Shown in pieces: positions 39,006 to 49,572 of a stretch of 64,000 nt of DNA (positions within the stretch are counted from its first letter, which is position 1; each line of letters begins with the position of its first letter). A program made the position numbers and the translations under genes. The notes under the pieces are model-generated. The model had not been told where the DNA came from. It did no database searches and saw only the letters and a program-made list of their open reading frames with translations. Source of the DNA: Bacillota bacterium (GTDB lineage Bacteria; Bacillota; Dehalobacteriia; UBA4068; UBA4997); NCBI GenBank assembly GCA_021769035.1, contig JAETTP010000002.1:7189-71188 (forward strand), given 5' to 3'.

Positions 39006-40358
39006 CTATTCCGCCAGTTTAGCAATTATTTCGTCGCCGCAATCCGGCAGCAGACCCAGCGGCAACACCTGCACAAACCGGCCGGCCAGCTGCGACCCCA
39101 GCCCCGGCACAAACACCGGCAGATAATCCGCGGTGTAGCCCTGCATACCAGCCTGGCCCGCACGCTCCACCGGCTGCTCCAGCAGCACACGCAGGCTTTG
39201 GCCCTCCACGCAACGGCCCGCCCGAAAAGCGCGCCGGCTTTCCGCCACCGCCGCCGTCAGCACCGCTGCCCGGCGGTTTTTTTCCGCATTGGGCAGCTGA
39301 CCGGCAAACTCCGCCGCCGGGGTGCCCGGCCGCCGGGAATAGGGGAAGATATGCGCATCGGCAAAGGCCAGCCGCCGCACCTGCTCCAGCTCCGCCGCAA
39401 AATCAGCCTCGGTTTCACCCGGAAAACCGGCGATCATATCCGTGGTGACGGCTGCCTCCGGCAGTAGTCGCCGAATATCCGCCACCAACTCGCTATAATA
39501 GGGCATATCATAATCGCGGCCCATCAGCTGCAAAACCGAATCAGCCGCCGCCTGCAAGGGAATATGAAAATGCGGACAAATTACCGGATTTTCGGCCGCC
39601 AGCCGCAGCAGCTTAGCTGATACCTCCCGCGGCTCCACCGAGCCCAAACGCAGGCGGGAGAGCCCCGGCGTGGCCGCCACCGCCGCCACCAAATCCGCAA
39701 AGTCGGCCGCCGGCTCCGCCGCCGACCACGCGCCCACGTGAATACCCGTCAGCACAATTTCCTGATAGCCCGCCGCCACCAGCTGCCGCACCTCGGCCAG
39801 CACCGCCGCCAGCGGTCGGCTGCGCACCGGGCCGCGCACGTGCGGCACAATGCAGTAGGTGCAAAACTGATTGCAGCCGTCCTCAATCTTCACAAAGGCC
39901 CTGGTGCGACTGGTCAGGCTGTGGGCATTGCCCAGCTCCTGATATTGGCAGGCCTGCACCGCCGGGCTAACCTGAATTTGCGACGAGAACGCGGCCGTGT
40001 CCTGCTGCTTCTGAGCCGCCCCGGCCGCCGCCAAATCAAACAGCAAATGCTTCTCATTGGCCCCCAGCAGCAAATCCAGCCCGGCAATCGCCGCGGCCTC
40101 CTGCGGCTTCATCTGCACATAACAGCCGGTTCCCACCACGTAAGCCTGCGGATTGGCGGCCAAAGCCCGGCGCAGCATATTGCGGCTTTTCTTTTCCGCA
40201 ATTTGGGTGACGGTGCAGGTGTTGACAATGCAGACCGCAGCCGACTCGCCAAAGGGCCGCTGCCGCCAGCCGTGCTCCACAAAAACATTAGCCAGGGCCG
40301 CGCTTTCCTCCTGGTTCACCTTGCAGCCCAGCGTGAAAATAGCAAAGGTTTTATCCAT
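39006..40358 (-). CDS. mtaB: tRNA methylthiotransferase, MtaB-like radical SAM enzyme
   Basis: MTTase N-terminal domain (FTLGCKVNQ), radical-SAM CxxxCxxC (CNQFCTYC) and a TRAM C-terminus. Start taken at MDKTF. Confidence 0.75.
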   Translation of the reverse strand: MDKTFAIFTLGCKVNQEESAALANVFVEHGWRQRPFGESAAVCIVNTCTVTQIAEKKSRNMLRRALAANPQAYVVGTGCYVQMKPQEAAAIAGLDLLLGANEKHLLFDLAAAGAAQKQQDTAAFSSQIQVSPAVQACQYQELGNAHSLTSRTRAFVKIEDGCNQFCTYCIVPHVRGPVRSRPLAAVLAEVRQLVAAGYQEIVLTGIHVGAWSAAEPAADFADLVAAVAATPGLSRLRLGSVEPREVSAKLLRLAAENPVICPHFHIPLQAAADSVLQLMGRDYDMPYYSELVADIRRLLPEAAVTTDMIAGFPGETEADFAAELEQVRRLAFADAHIFPYSRRPGTPAAEFAGQLPNAEKNRRAAVLTAAVAESRRAFRAGRCVEGQSLRVLLEQPVERAGQAGMQGYTADYLPVFVPGLGSQLAGRFVQVLPLGLLPDCGDEIIAKLAE

Positions 40359-41121
40359 TCGGCCCCTCTCCTGACAAATCTCCCCAAACATACATTATAA
40401 TGGACATGGCGGCAATGGCCGCAGTTTCCGTGCGCAAAATGCGCCGGCCCAGGGTTACCAGCGTTGCACCGCAGCCCTCCGCCAGCCGGGCCTCCTCCTC
40501 CGTCAGGCCGCCCTCCGGCCCGATAACCAGCGCCACAGCTGGCGGCGGCTCCTCGGCCGCCAAAGCCTGCCGCAGGGAGGAGCCCACCTGGCGGCCGTCG
40601 GCCTCCTCCCATGGCATCAGCACCCGGCAGCCCGCCGGCAGGCTGGCCAAAGCCTCCGCCAAGCCCTGCACCGGAGCCACCGGCACCAGCTTACTGCGGC
40701 CGCATTGCTTGGCCGCGGCGTCGGCAATTTTTTGCCAACGCTGCTGTTTAGCCGCCGCTTTTTCCCCCGCCAGCCGCACCACGCTACGCTGGCAGGCCAC
40801 CGGCAAAATGCAGGCCGCCCCCAGTTCCACCGCCTTTTGCAGCACAATCTCCATTCGCTCGCCCTTGGCCAACCCCTGCAACAGAAACAGCTGCAAGGGA
40901 GCCTCGCTGTAGGCCGCCAGCTCCTGCAGCAAGCGCGCCTGGGCCGGTTCCTGCTCGGAGCCCGCGCTCAGCAGCTCCGCCGCAAAAACTCGGTTGGCGC
41001 TTACCACCTCCAGTTGGCAGCCCGGCTTTTTGCGCAGCACCTTGCCCAGATGATAGCTGTCCGCCGTGGACAAGCTGACTACATCGCCAACCCCGGCGGC
41101 TTCCTCTAAAAAAAATCGCAT
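40351..41121 (-). CDS. rsmE: 16S rRNA (uracil1498-N3)-methyltransferase RsmE
   Basis: PUA-like N-terminus (MRFFLEE) and SPOUT C-terminus. Conserved neighbour of mtaB in Firmicutes. Confidence 0.75.
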   Translation of the reverse strand: MRFFLEEAAGVGDVVSLSTADSYHLGKVLRKKPGCQLEVVSANRVFAAELLSAGSEQEPAQARLLQELAAYSEAPLQLFLLQGLAKGERMEIVLQKAVELGAACILPVACQRSVVRLAGEKAAAKQQRWQKIADAAAKQCGRSKLVPVAPVQGLAEALASLPAGCRVLMPWEEADGRQVGSSLRQALAAEEPPPAVALVIGPEGGLTEEEARLAEGCGATLVTLGRRILRTETAAIAAMSIIMYVWGDLSGEGPNG

Positions 41122-41383
41122 AAATTTATCTCCAGACGCCACAAGAGCTACCCTTGCGGATAGCTCTTGTGGCTGTGATAGTGTATAGTTGTGTGAGCTT
41201 TTCGATTTTAAGTTCCTGGCAGTATCCGCAAAGTTTTAAGTATTTTTTAGCGTATAAATTTCTTCTTTAGCTGCTCAGGATTGTTGCCCTGAAGATTACT
41301 TTACTATTATATCGCATCTTATTGATTTTGGCAAGAGTTTTTTAGAAGTTTTTTTCGACTTATTTAGATTTTTCTGCAAAAAC

Positions 41384-42109
41384 TCAACTCTGCTGTTCCT
41401 CAACCACTTGAACCACGGCAGCCTCCGCCGCCTCGTTAGCCGCTTTCTGCTGGGCCTTTTGCTTTTTTTGCCCCTTGTAGCTGATATGCTGATAGGCCGG
41501 TTTGGCCGGCTTATTCTGCTTAGCGGCAGCCTCCGCCTTGTTTTTCTTCTTATTATTTTTCTTAGGCGGGGCGGTTTTAATCGTTTCCTTGGGCCGGTCT
41601 TTCAGATATTTAAAGTTACGCACAATCAAAATCAAGCCCTGGGCCATCAGATATAAGGAAAGAATAATTGTGGATTTTTCCCACCAGCCCTTTAAAAAAT
41701 CAAGATAGCCGGCCAGGCCGCACAGCCAAACAACGGTGCCCACAGTTGTGGTGGCCAAACCCACCAAAACCCGCTTGCGGGCCAGCGCATAGGGCTTCCA
41801 GTAGCTTTCACCGGTGGTTATGCGCAGATAAGAGGCCTTGATGAAGAAGCCCAAAATGCACCACATACCCACCAACAGCAAAAGCAGGCAAACCTTCCAA
41901 AGGCTGTGGTTTGCCACGTCGTCCAGCGACGGCTGCGGGTACAGCCCAGGAATAAACAACGTCAACGGCACAAAAACAAAGTAGGCGATGTAGCCAAAGG
42001 CCAGCGGCCAACAGCTTTTGTCGTAACGAAACATCCCAATCAAACTTTGTATGCCAACCATTGCTCCGTAAAAGAACACGGCCAGCAGACCAAAAATAAT
42101 TGCTTTCAA
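41384..42109 (-). CDS. hypothetical membrane protein with Lys-rich C-terminal tail
   Basis: ~6 TM helices, then KKNNKKKNKAEAAAKQNKPAKP... Confidence 0.5.
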   Translation of the reverse strand: MKAIIFGLLAVFFYGAMVGIQSLIGMFRYDKSCWPLAFGYIAYFVFVPLTLFIPGLYPQPSLDDVANHSLWKVCLLLLLVGMWCILGFFIKASYLRITTGESYWKPYALARKRVLVGLATTTVGTVVWLCGLAGYLDFLKGWWEKSTIILSLYLMAQGLILIVRNFKYLKDRPKETIKTAPPKKNNKKKNKAEAAAKQNKPAKPAYQHISYKGQKKQKAQQKAANEAAEAAVVQVVEEQQS

Positions 42110-42315
42110 AGAATAATCACTCCCATTCTCTGTTATATATTCTCGCCGGCGGGCGGATTTTCCTCTATCCGAAAGGGAAGCGTCGAAAAATTTTTTATTT
42201 ATTGTAAATATAATTTGCTTTTTAGCAAAAATATGGTATACTTAGATGTAGTATACTTGAATTATAAGTTTACTTTTTTAATTTAATGTTAATAAAATGT
42301 ATTGGAGGCCGCAAA

Positions 42316-43164
42316 ATGCTGAAAATAATCACAGACAGCTGCGTCGACCTGGAAGAGAGCTTTGTGCAGGAGCACAATATCGGCCTGGCAAACCTGCATT
42401 TGCAGGTGGACGGCGCGAATTACACCCCCGGCGAGGACATCACCACGGAGCAGGCCCTGGCCAAAATTGCCGCGGCCCAGGATATGCCCAAAACTTCCCA
42501 GCCCGCCCCCCACGCCTGGCAGCAAATTTTTGCCCAAGCCCAAGATGAGGAGGGGGCCCTTTGCCTGACGGTTTCCTCGGAGCTTTCCGGCAGCTTCAAC
42601 TCCGCCAACCTGGCCGCCCAAGGCAGCAAACTTCCGGCCCACACGCACGACACCCGCATGGGTTCGTTTGGGCAGGGCTTTCAGGTGATGCTGGCCGCCT
42701 TGATGACCGAAAAGGGCAAAAGCCTGGCGGAAATTAAAGACGCCTTGCAGGAGTTTTATCACAAATCCAGCATTATCGTAATCCTGGAAAAGTATGATAA
42801 CGCCATTAAAAGCGGCCGCATGAACAAATACGCCGGCAAAATCATCGAAAAGCTGAATATCCGCGGCATTATTGAGGTGCTGGACGGCAAGGTGGTGACG
42901 GTGGACAAAGCCCGCGGCGCGGACAAAACCTTTCAGAAAATGCTGGAGCGCATTGCCAGCAAAGCAGAGGACTTCTCCCAGATGGTAATTGGCATTGCCC
43001 ATTTCAACAACCCGGAAATGGCCGAGAAATACCGCGCCGCCCTGGAGGATTTGCTGCACCCGGCCCGCATTTATCTGAGCCTGCTCAATCCGGCCATCGG
43101 CGTATATTGCGACAAGGGCGGGCTGGTTATCAGCGTTGCGCCGAACCCTTACACGTTTGCTTAA
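42316..43164 (+). CDS. DegV-family fatty-acid-binding protein
   Basis: GGAGG RBS then ATG 42316. DegV/EDD-like fold (MLKIITDSCVDL...). Confidence 0.8.
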   Translation: MLKIITDSCVDLEESFVQEHNIGLANLHLQVDGANYTPGEDITTEQALAKIAAAQDMPKTSQPAPHAWQQIFAQAQDEEGALCLTVSSELSGSFNSANLAAQGSKLPAHTHDTRMGSFGQGFQVMLAALMTEKGKSLAEIKDALQEFYHKSSIIVILEKYDNAIKSGRMNKYAGKIIEKLNIRGIIEVLDGKVVTVDKARGADKTFQKMLERIASKAEDFSQMVIGIAHFNNPEMAEKYRAALEDLLHPARIYLSLLNPAIGVYCDKGGLVISVAPNPYTFA

Positions 43165-43188
43165 ACCAAAAACACCAAAAACACTTAA

Positions 43189-43227
43189 CCCCCGGAGATG
43201 TCAAAATTCCGGGGGTTTTTATTTTTT
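43189..43227 (+). terminator. intrinsic terminator after degV
   Basis: Stem CCCCCGGAG/TTCCGGGGG followed by TTTTTATTTTTT. Confidence 0.6.
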
Positions 43228-43370
43228 CAAGAATTTTTACGGATATAAATTTGCAACGCCTTAATACTCAGCACCGCCAAAGGCACGGCCAGAACGACCA
43301 GAACTACACCCAGCAGCAATAAAGCATAATTTAACACAATCGTAAAAAAAGACAACGCCGGTATCGACAT
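43227..43370 (-). CDS. small hydrophobic protein (47 aa)
   Basis: GAGGGGG RBS then ATG. The product MSIPALSFFTIVLNYALLLLGVVLVVLAVPLAVLSIKALQIYIRKNS is absent from the ORF track. Confidence 0.35.
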   Translation of the reverse strand: MSIPALSFFTIVLNYALLLLGVVLVVLAVPLAVLSIKALQIYIRKNS

Positions 43371-43397
43371 CACTATCGCCCCCTCTTAGTTTTTCAG

Positions 43398-43913
43398 CTA
43401 AGCTTCTTCCTTATCAAACCAGTACCAGGTGCCGGTGCGCAGGTTTAAGATAATCAGCTCGCTGTCCTCCTCCACCAAAAAGCCGTAATAGGCCGTTTGC
43501 CAATCGCCGTCCAGCTGCTCCTGCCCGTTCATCATAAAGGACTGGTTGTTGCAGGAAAAGCAAACAAAGTTTTCCAGCTTGTAATCCTCATCAAACTTGC
43601 CGTTGTCCTCAATCAGCTTTTCCGCCGCTTCCTTGGTGTGGTTAAACTCCGCCAAGCTGTCCGCCAAAAAGTCCAACCCGGCCTGGCCGCGATAGGCCTC
43701 ATAGGTGCCGGAATAGTAGTTATCGTCCTGCACATTTTTGTCCTGATACCAGCCAAAGCTGCCGTCCACCGAAAAATTCCACCAGGAACCGTCATTTTGG
43801 GCAATCCAGGCCGTGCCCGCCAAAGGGTCTGCCGCCTGCTGGCTGCTGCTGCAAGCGCCCAGGGCCAAAACCAACGCCAACATCAGCAGCCCCCAAAAGC
43901 TTCTCTTACGCAT
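43398..43913 (-). CDS. hypothetical lipoprotein
   Basis: Signal peptide with lipobox LALGAC. Confidence 0.55.
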   Translation of the reverse strand: MRKRSFWGLLMLALVLALGACSSSQQAADPLAGTAWIAQNDGSWWNFSVDGSFGWYQDKNVQDDNYYSGTYEAYRGQAGLDFLADSLAEFNHTKEAAEKLIEDNGKFDEDYKLENFVCFSCNNQSFMMNGQEQLDGDWQTAYYGFLVEEDSELIILNLRTGTWYWFDKEEA

Positions 43914-44130
43914 TTTTATCCCCTCCCGTTATCTTATATTTATTTTATACCATAGAAATAAAAAAAGCAACTAATTTTACAAATTGCACTATGGTATTTG
44001 TTCAACATCAGCTCTGGCTACGCCCCTTTGGGGCTTGCCAATCGCTGTGTATTCACATTATAACATGCGGACAAATTTTGCAATCCATTTTTCTGACAAC
44101 AAAAAAACGGTGTACATTGCCTGTCAAGGC

Positions 44131-44159
44131 TTGTCAAACGGCGCAAAAAGGAGTAAAAT
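44131..44159 (+). promoter_or_regulatory. sigma-70-like promoter of mtnN (TTGTCA-17-TAAAAT)
   Basis: Hexamers at 44131-44136 and 44154-44159. Confidence 0.4.
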
Positions 44160-44212
44160 ATGATAAAGTAAAATATAACGCTGAAAACTTTTGTTTTGGG
44201 AGGATACAAACT

Positions 44213-44911
44213 ATGCCAAAAAAAATTGCCATAATGACCGCAATGGCGGAGGAAATGGAGCCATTGCGCGCGGCCCTGCACCCCAAGGAGATTTACCGCA
44301 ACAAGATGGTGTGCATTGAACAGGCTGGCGATTTGCTGCTGCTGCAATCCGGCATCGGCAAGGCCAACGCGGCCGCCGCCTGCGCCCTGCTGTTTCAGCT
44401 TTTTCAGCCGGCGGCCCTGCTGAACATCGGCTCCGCCGGCGGCTTTGCGCGCGATTTGCACCTTGGCGACATAGTGGTGGCTACGGAAATGCTCTATAGC
44501 GATGCGGACGCCACCTGCTTCAACTATCAGCTGGGCCAAGTGCCCCAAATGCCGCCCGCTTACCCGGCCGCGCCCTGGCTGCTGAACGCCGCCAAGGCCA
44601 CTGCCCGCCTGCCCCGCTTTGCCGGCCACATCCACTTTGGTCAGGTGCTCACCTCCGATAGCTTTATGAGCAGCCCCAGCCTGGCTAACCGCCTGCGCCA
44701 AACATTCCCGCAGGCCCTGGCTTCCGATATGGAGGGTTGCGCCGCCGCCCAAATCGCTTACATCTTTAGCAGGCCCTTTTTGAACCTGCGCTCCATCTCG
44801 GATATCGCCGGCGAGGAGGCCGCCGCCAGCTTTGACGATAACCTGGAACTGGCCGCCAAACGGGCGGTGCATTTTTGCTGCACCCTGCTTGACCGCCTGC
44901 GGCAGGCTTAA
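44213..44911 (+). CDS. mtnN: 5'-methylthioadenosine/S-adenosylhomocysteine nucleosidase
   Basis: GGGAGG RBS then ATG 44213. PNP/UDP-phosphorylase fold (IAIMTAMAEE...SGIGKANAA). Confidence 0.8.
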   Translation: MPKKIAIMTAMAEEMEPLRAALHPKEIYRNKMVCIEQAGDLLLLQSGIGKANAAAACALLFQLFQPAALLNIGSAGGFARDLHLGDIVVATEMLYSDADATCFNYQLGQVPQMPPAYPAAPWLLNAAKATARLPRFAGHIHFGQVLTSDSFMSSPSLANRLRQTFPQALASDMEGCAAAQIAYIFSRPFLNLRSISDIAGEEAAASFDDNLELAAKRAVHFCCTLLDRLRQA

Positions 44912-45243
44912 AGCCGCTTATATTGCAGCAGTTGACGCAGCAGAACCAAAAGAGCCTGCTGCTCCCGCGGTGGGCATTCCTGCACCAGCTGATAAATTTC
45001 CTCAGCCGGGCCGGGCTGGCTGGCTGGATTGGGCAAATGCGCAAAAAGCTGCGCCGCCGGCACGTCCAGCGCGTTAGCCAGCTTGCAAATGCTTTCGATT
45101 GTAGCGTTTTTTTCGCCGCGCTCCAGCTGGCCGATATAGGTCGGGTGCATATCAGCCTGCTCCGCCAAACGCTCCTGGGTAAGCCCAGCCGCAATCCGCA
45201 GGCTGCGCAGACGCTCGCCAATTTGCTTGCTTAGTTGTGACAT
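44908..45243 (-). CDS. XRE-family HTH transcriptional regulator
   Basis: LTQERLAEQADMHPTYIGQLERGE. Confidence 0.7.
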   Translation of the reverse strand: MSQLSKQIGERLRSLRIAAGLTQERLAEQADMHPTYIGQLERGEKNATIESICKLANALDVPAAQLFAHLPNPASQPGPAEEIYQLVQECPPREQQALLVLLRQLLQYKRL

Positions 45244-45483
45244 ATTCTTCCCTCTTTGCCGAATTCATTATAACTCACTTTCTATACTACAAATATTATA
45301 ACCAACATTAAATATACTATTGATATTTGTTTGCTTTTGTTATATACTATAAGTATTATTTGCCGCAAAAATCCCGCATATAAATAGTGCAATGGGTTCC
45401 CGAAAGGAGATTTGGGTATAGAGTGTGAGCATAAAAGCCGGCGCAGTCAAGAGGGAACACCATGGCAAATAAGGCTGCCCGGC

Positions 45484-45531
45484 CTCTTAAAAAACTAAAA
45501 GACCCCTGGGAGAAAATCCTCCAGGGGTCTT
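45484..45531 (-). terminator. intrinsic terminator of pyrB
   Basis: 12-bp stem AGACCCCTGGAG/CTCCAGGGGTCT, followed on the minus strand by TTTTAGTTTTTT. Confidence 0.6.
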
Positions 45532-45555
45532 GCTATTCTATCCGTTATTCGGGGT

Positions 45556-46560
45556 TTACTCCGCCCATTCCGGCTTAAATGCGCCTTTCACCCGGCCGGC
45601 GGTCATCGCCAGCAGCGCCATCCGCACAAACAGGCCGTTGCCAGCCTGCCGGAAGTAAGCCGCGCCGGGATAATCGTCCACCGCCAGAGCAATCTCGTTC
45701 ACTCTGGGCAGGGCGTGCATAATCACCGCGCCGGGCTTCAAATGCTGCAAGGTTTCCTCCGTCATCAAATACATATCCTTCACAGCCTCGTATTCCGCCA
45801 GATCGGCAAAACGCTCTTTCTGCACCCGCGTCATATAGACAATATCCGCTTCGGCCACCGCCTCGTTAATGCTCTGGCAAAAGTCCACCTGCACGCCGCC
45901 GGCTTGCAGCTTGCGCACAATGCTCTCCGGCATTTTAAGCTCGTCCGGGCTGGCTAAAATCAGGCGGCATCTGTAATACTTCAAAAAGTCCACCAGGGAA
46001 TGAACAGTGCGGCCATATTTGAGGTCGCCAATCAGGGCCACCGCCAAGCCCTCCGGGCTGCCCTTTTCCTTAACAATCGTATACATATCCAGCAAGGCCT
46101 GGCTGGGGTGCTGGCCAAAGCCGTCGCCGGCGTTAATCACCGGGTGAGTGGCCGCCTCCGCCGCAATCTGGGCGTCGCCCGTCTGTGGGCTGCGGATTAC
46201 AATCACGTCCGCGTAATTGTTGACTATTTTAATCGTGTCGTGTACGGTTTCGCCTTTGGAGGTGGAACTGATTCGGTTCTCCGGCGATTCCGCCAGCGTA
46301 ATCACCCGGCCTCCCAGCCGGTGCATAGCAGTTTCAAAGGAGAGTCTGGTGCGGGTGGAGGGCTCAAAAAACAGCGCCGCCATCACCCGGCCGTCCATAT
46401 CCCAAAGCCGCCGGCCCTCGGCCAGGGCTTGCTCATAAAAGCCGGCCACGCCCAGCACAGCCTCCAGCTCCGCCTGGCTGAACTGCTCCGCACTCAAAAT
46501 ATCCTTGCCAACAAAGCTGGCCAGCATTTCCTCACTGGGAAACTTAAAATCACTCAGCAT
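45556..46560 (-). CDS. pyrB: aspartate carbamoyltransferase catalytic subunit
   Basis: STRTR carbamoyl-phosphate motif, HPSQ and GDLKYGRTVHS motifs typical of the ATCase/OTCase family. PyrB-like length. Confidence 0.75.
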   Translation of the reverse strand: MLSDFKFPSEEMLASFVGKDILSAEQFSQAELEAVLGVAGFYEQALAEGRRLWDMDGRVMAALFFEPSTRTRLSFETAMHRLGGRVITLAESPENRISSTSKGETVHDTIKIVNNYADVIVIRSPQTGDAQIAAEAATHPVINAGDGFGQHPSQALLDMYTIVKEKGSPEGLAVALIGDLKYGRTVHSLVDFLKYYRCRLILASPDELKMPESIVRKLQAGGVQVDFCQSINEAVAEADIVYMTRVQKERFADLAEYEAVKDMYLMTEETLQHLKPGAVIMHALPRVNEIALAVDDYPGAAYFRQAGNGLFVRMALLAMTAGRVKGAFKPEWAE

Positions 46561-46822
46561 ATTTTAAATTTACCTCCGCTATATCTTCGTACTGTCATAT
46601 CACTCACAGTCTGTCAGTTTTTACACCAACAAATTGCATTTTTTTATTTACCTCCGCTATATCTTCGTACTGACGTATCACTCACAATCTGTCAGTTTTT
46701 TCACCAACAAATTGCATTTTTTTATTTACCTCCGCTATATCTTCGTACTGACGTATCACTCACAATCTGTCAGTTTTTACACCAACAAATTGCATTTTTT
46801 TATTTACCTCCGCTATATCTTT
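46561..46822. repeat. tandem repeat, 3 full copies plus a partial of a 77/78-bp unit, filling the ileS-pyrB intergenic region
   Basis: The unit ATTTACCTCCGCTATATCTTCGTACTGACGTATCACTCACAATCTGTCAGTTTTTACACCAACAAATTGCATTTTTTT is directly visible three times, with a truncated fourth copy next to the ileS stop. Each unit carries the pyrB RBS context (GGAGGTAAAT on the minus strand). Confidence 0.8.
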
Positions 46823-46833
46823 GCGCAATTATT

Positions 46834-49572
46834 CTATTCCTCCGGCAGTTTTTCCAACACTGCCGCGCAGCGCGGGCAAACGCCGCCCTCCTCTTTGATG
46901 TCCTCGCTGTAGATCCAGCAGCGGGCGCATTTGTGGCCGTGGGCCGGCTCCACGCTGATTTCCAGCTCGCCCGCCGCTTTGGCCTCCAGCACGCACTGGG
47001 ATACGATGAACAGGTGCGGCAGCTCCGCCGCCATCTCCTGCAACAGGGCCAGCTGCTCGCCGGCCGCCTTGATAGTCACTCTGGCGTCCAGGGAGTGGCC
47101 AATCTGCTTGGCCTGGCGGGCCAATTCCAGCTGGCCGGCCACCTGCTCCTTGCAGGCCGCCAGCTTTTGCCATTTAGCGTCCAGCGCCTCGTCCAGCCAG
47201 TCCGGGTTCACCTTGGCCATATCCAGCAGCTGCACGCTTTGCAGCCCGGCCGTCCCTTTGGGCATATAACGGTAAATTTCCTCGCTGGTGAAAGCCAAAA
47301 TGGGCGTAAGCAAGCGCACCAGGGCGTTCAAAATCAGATACATAACCGTTTGAACGGAACGCCGCTGTTTATCCTCCGGCAGCTCCGCATAAAGGGTATC
47401 CTTGGTAATATCCAGGTAGAAGTTGCTCATCTCCACCACGCAGAAGCGATGAATGGCGTGGTGCACAACGTGGAACTCATAAGCGTCGTAAGCGGCAACG
47501 GTTTTTTCAATCAGCAGCTGCAAGCGGTGCAGGAACCAGCGGTCAACCTCCCGCAGTTCCTCATAAGGCAGGAAATTTTCCTCCGGGTCAAAATCATTCA
47601 GATTGGAAAGCAGGAAACGGGCCGTGTTACGGATTTTTCGATAGGTTTCGCTCACCTGCTTCAAGATATTATTGTTAATCGCCAGGTCGGAGCGATAATC
47701 CGCCGAGCTCACCCACAGGCGCAAAACGTCCGCGCCCATTTTGTTGATAACATCCAGCGGGTCCAGGGCGTTGCCCTGTGATTTGCTCATCTTGGCGCCC
47801 TTTTCGTCCACCAAAAAGCCGTGGGTCAGAACCGCCTTGTAGGGAGCCTGCCCCTTGCAGGCCACCGCGATGTTCAGGGAGGAGTTAAACCAGCCACGGT
47901 GCTGGTCGGAGCCCTCCAGATACAAGTCCGCCGGCCAGGTCAACTCCGGCCGCTGCTCCAGCACGGCCAAATGGCTGCTGCCGGAATCGAACCACACGTC
48001 CATAATATCCGTTTCCTTGCGGAAGTGGGTGCAGCCGCACTCACACTTTAGGCCGGCCGGAACCAGCTCGTCCGCCTCCTTAGCAAACCAGATGTTGGAA
48101 CCGTGTTCCGCAAACAGCTTTTGAATATGCTTAATAGTTTCGTCGTTGACAGTTTCCTTGCCGCAGTCCGCGCAGTAGAAAATCGGAATTGGCACACCCC
48201 AGGTGCGCTGCCGGGAAATGCACCAGTCGCTGCGGTCTTTCACCATATTGTAAATGCGGTCGTGTCCCCAGGCGGGAATCCACTGCACCTTGTCAATCTC
48301 AGCCAACGCCTTTTCCCGGAAGCCCTCAATGGAGCAGAACCACTGCTCCGTGGCCCGGAAGATAATCGGCTTTTTGCAACGCCAGCAATGCGGATAGGAG
48401 TGGGTAATCCATTGCAGCTTCAAAAGCGCGCCGCAAGCGTCCAGGTCTTTCACAACCTCCTTGCCGCCAGCGTTGATTTCCATTCCGGCGTACTTGCCGG
48501 CCTCCGCCGTAAAGTAGCCCCGGTTGTCCACCGGCGAGAGAACCTCCAGGCCGTAGCGCTGGCCAACCTCAAAGTCCTCCACGCCATGGCCCGGAGCGGT
48601 ATGCACGCAGCCACAGCCGGCGTCCAGCGTTACGTGGTCGCCCAGGATAACCACGGAATCCCGGTCATAAAGCGGGTGCTTGCAAACAACGCCCTCCAGC
48701 TCCTTGCCCTTAAACTCGGCCAGCACGCTGTAATCCGCAACGCCAATATCCTCGGCCACCTTAGGCAGCAGCTCCTTAGCCAGCACCAGCCGATGCTCGC
48801 CCAGCTGCACCAAAGCGTAAACGTATTCCGCGTGAATACAAATTGCCAGGTTGGCGGGGATTGTCCAGGGGGTGGTTGTCCAAATCAAAAAGCTAACATC
48901 GTCCCCCAGCAGGCCTTTGCCGTCGGTTACGGCAAATTTCACGTAGATAGAGGGGCTTTTCACGTCGGCATATTCCACCTCGGCCTCAGCCAGGGCAGTC
49001 TCACACTCCGCACACCAGTAAACCGGCTTTTTGCCCTTGTAAATGTAGCCTTTTTTCACCATCTCGCCAAAGGCGCCAATCTGAGCAGCCTCAAACTCCT
49101 TTTGCAGGGTGATGTAAGGGTGCTCCCAATCGCCGCGCACGCCCAGGCGTTTAAATTGCTCGCGCTGGGTGTTCACAAAACCGCGGGCAAATTCCTCACA
49201 TTTCTCGCGAAAGGCCACTTTGTCCTCGCTGTGCTGGTTAATGCCCAGCTGTTTGATGGCCCGCTGTTCAATCGGCAGGCCGTGGGTGTCCCAACCGGGC
49301 ACGTAGGGCGCGTCGAAGCCGGCCATGCTCTTATATTTTACGATAATATCCTTCAGCACCTTGTTCAGCACGTGGCCGGTGTGAATGTTGCCGTTGGCGT
49401 AAGGCGGGCCGTCATGCAGCACAAACTTGGGTTTGCCGGCATTGTGGGCCTGCACCAGCTGATAGATGTCCTTTTGCTGCCAAAACTGCAAAATTTCCGG
49501 CTCCCGCTGCGGCAGGTTGCCGCGCATCGGGAACTCAGTTTCCGGCAGATTAAGCGTTTTACCGTAATCCAT
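46834..49572 (-). CDS. ileS: isoleucine--tRNA ligase
   Basis: 912 aa with HIGH ([11 protein letters not shown]) and KMSKS motifs and a C-terminal zinc-binding CxxC pair. Confidence 0.95.
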   Translation of the reverse strand: MDYGKTLNLPETEFPMRGNLPQREPEILQFWQQKDIYQLVQAHNAGKPKFVLHDGPPYANGNIHTGHVLNKVLKDIIVKYKSMAGFDAPYVPGWDTHGLPIEQRAIKQLGINQHSEDKVAFREKCEEFARGFVNTQREQFKRLGVRGDWEHPYITLQKEFEAAQIGAFGEMVKKGYIYKGKKPVYWCAECETALAEAEVEYADVKSPSIYVKFAVTDGKGLLGDDVSFLIWTTTPWTIPANLAICIHAEYVYALVQLGEHRLVLAKELLPKVAEDIGVADYSVLAEFKGKELEGVVCKHPLYDRDSVVILGDHVTLDAGCGCVHTAPGHGVEDFEVGQRYGLEVLSPVDNRGYFTAEAGKYAGMEINAGGKEVVKDLDACGALLKLQWITHSYPHCWRCKKPIIFRATEQWFCSIEGFREKALAEIDKVQWIPAWGHDRIYNMVKDRSDWCISRQRTWGVPIPIFYCADCGKETVNDETIKHIQKLFAEHGSNIWFAKEADELVPAGLKCECGCTHFRKETDIMDVWFDSGSSHLAVLEQRPELTWPADLYLEGSDQHRGWFNSSLNIAVACKGQAPYKAVLTHGFLVDEKGAKMSKSQGNALDPLDVINKMGADVLRLWVSSADYRSDLAINNNILKQVSETYRKIRNTARFLLSNLNDFDPEENFLPYEELREVDRWFLHRLQLLIEKTVAAYDAYEFHVVHHAIHRFCVVEMSNFYLDITKDTLYAELPEDKQRRSVQTVMYLILNALVRLLTPILAFTSEEIYRYMPKGTAGLQSVQLLDMAKVNPDWLDEALDAKWQKLAACKEQVAGQLELARQAKQIGHSLDARVTIKAAGEQLALLQEMAAELPHLFIVSQCVLEAKAAGELEISVEPAHGHKCARCWIYSEDIKEEGGVCPRCAAVLEKLPEE

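Noticed and set aside
45400-45480. Possible small structured element or 37-codon plus-strand ORF (MANKAARPLKK...) downstream of pyrB
   Set aside because: It overlaps the pyrB terminator and the pyrB 3' end on the opposite strand. No downstream plus-strand gene to regulate. Probably fortuitous.
46561-46822. Possible CRISPR array
   Set aside because: The repeats are 77-78 bp units in direct contact with no unique spacers between them. No cas genes are nearby.
46561-46833. PyrR attenuator in the pyrB leader
   Set aside because: No UCCAGAGAGGCU-type PyrR binding loop. The leader is made of the tandem repeats instead.
46000-47781. 593-aa plus-strand ORF spanning the pyrB-ileS region, and the 46634-46912 ORF
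   Set aside because: Runs antisense through pyrB, the tandem repeats and ileS. The repeated peptide segments simply mirror the 77-bp DNA repeats.
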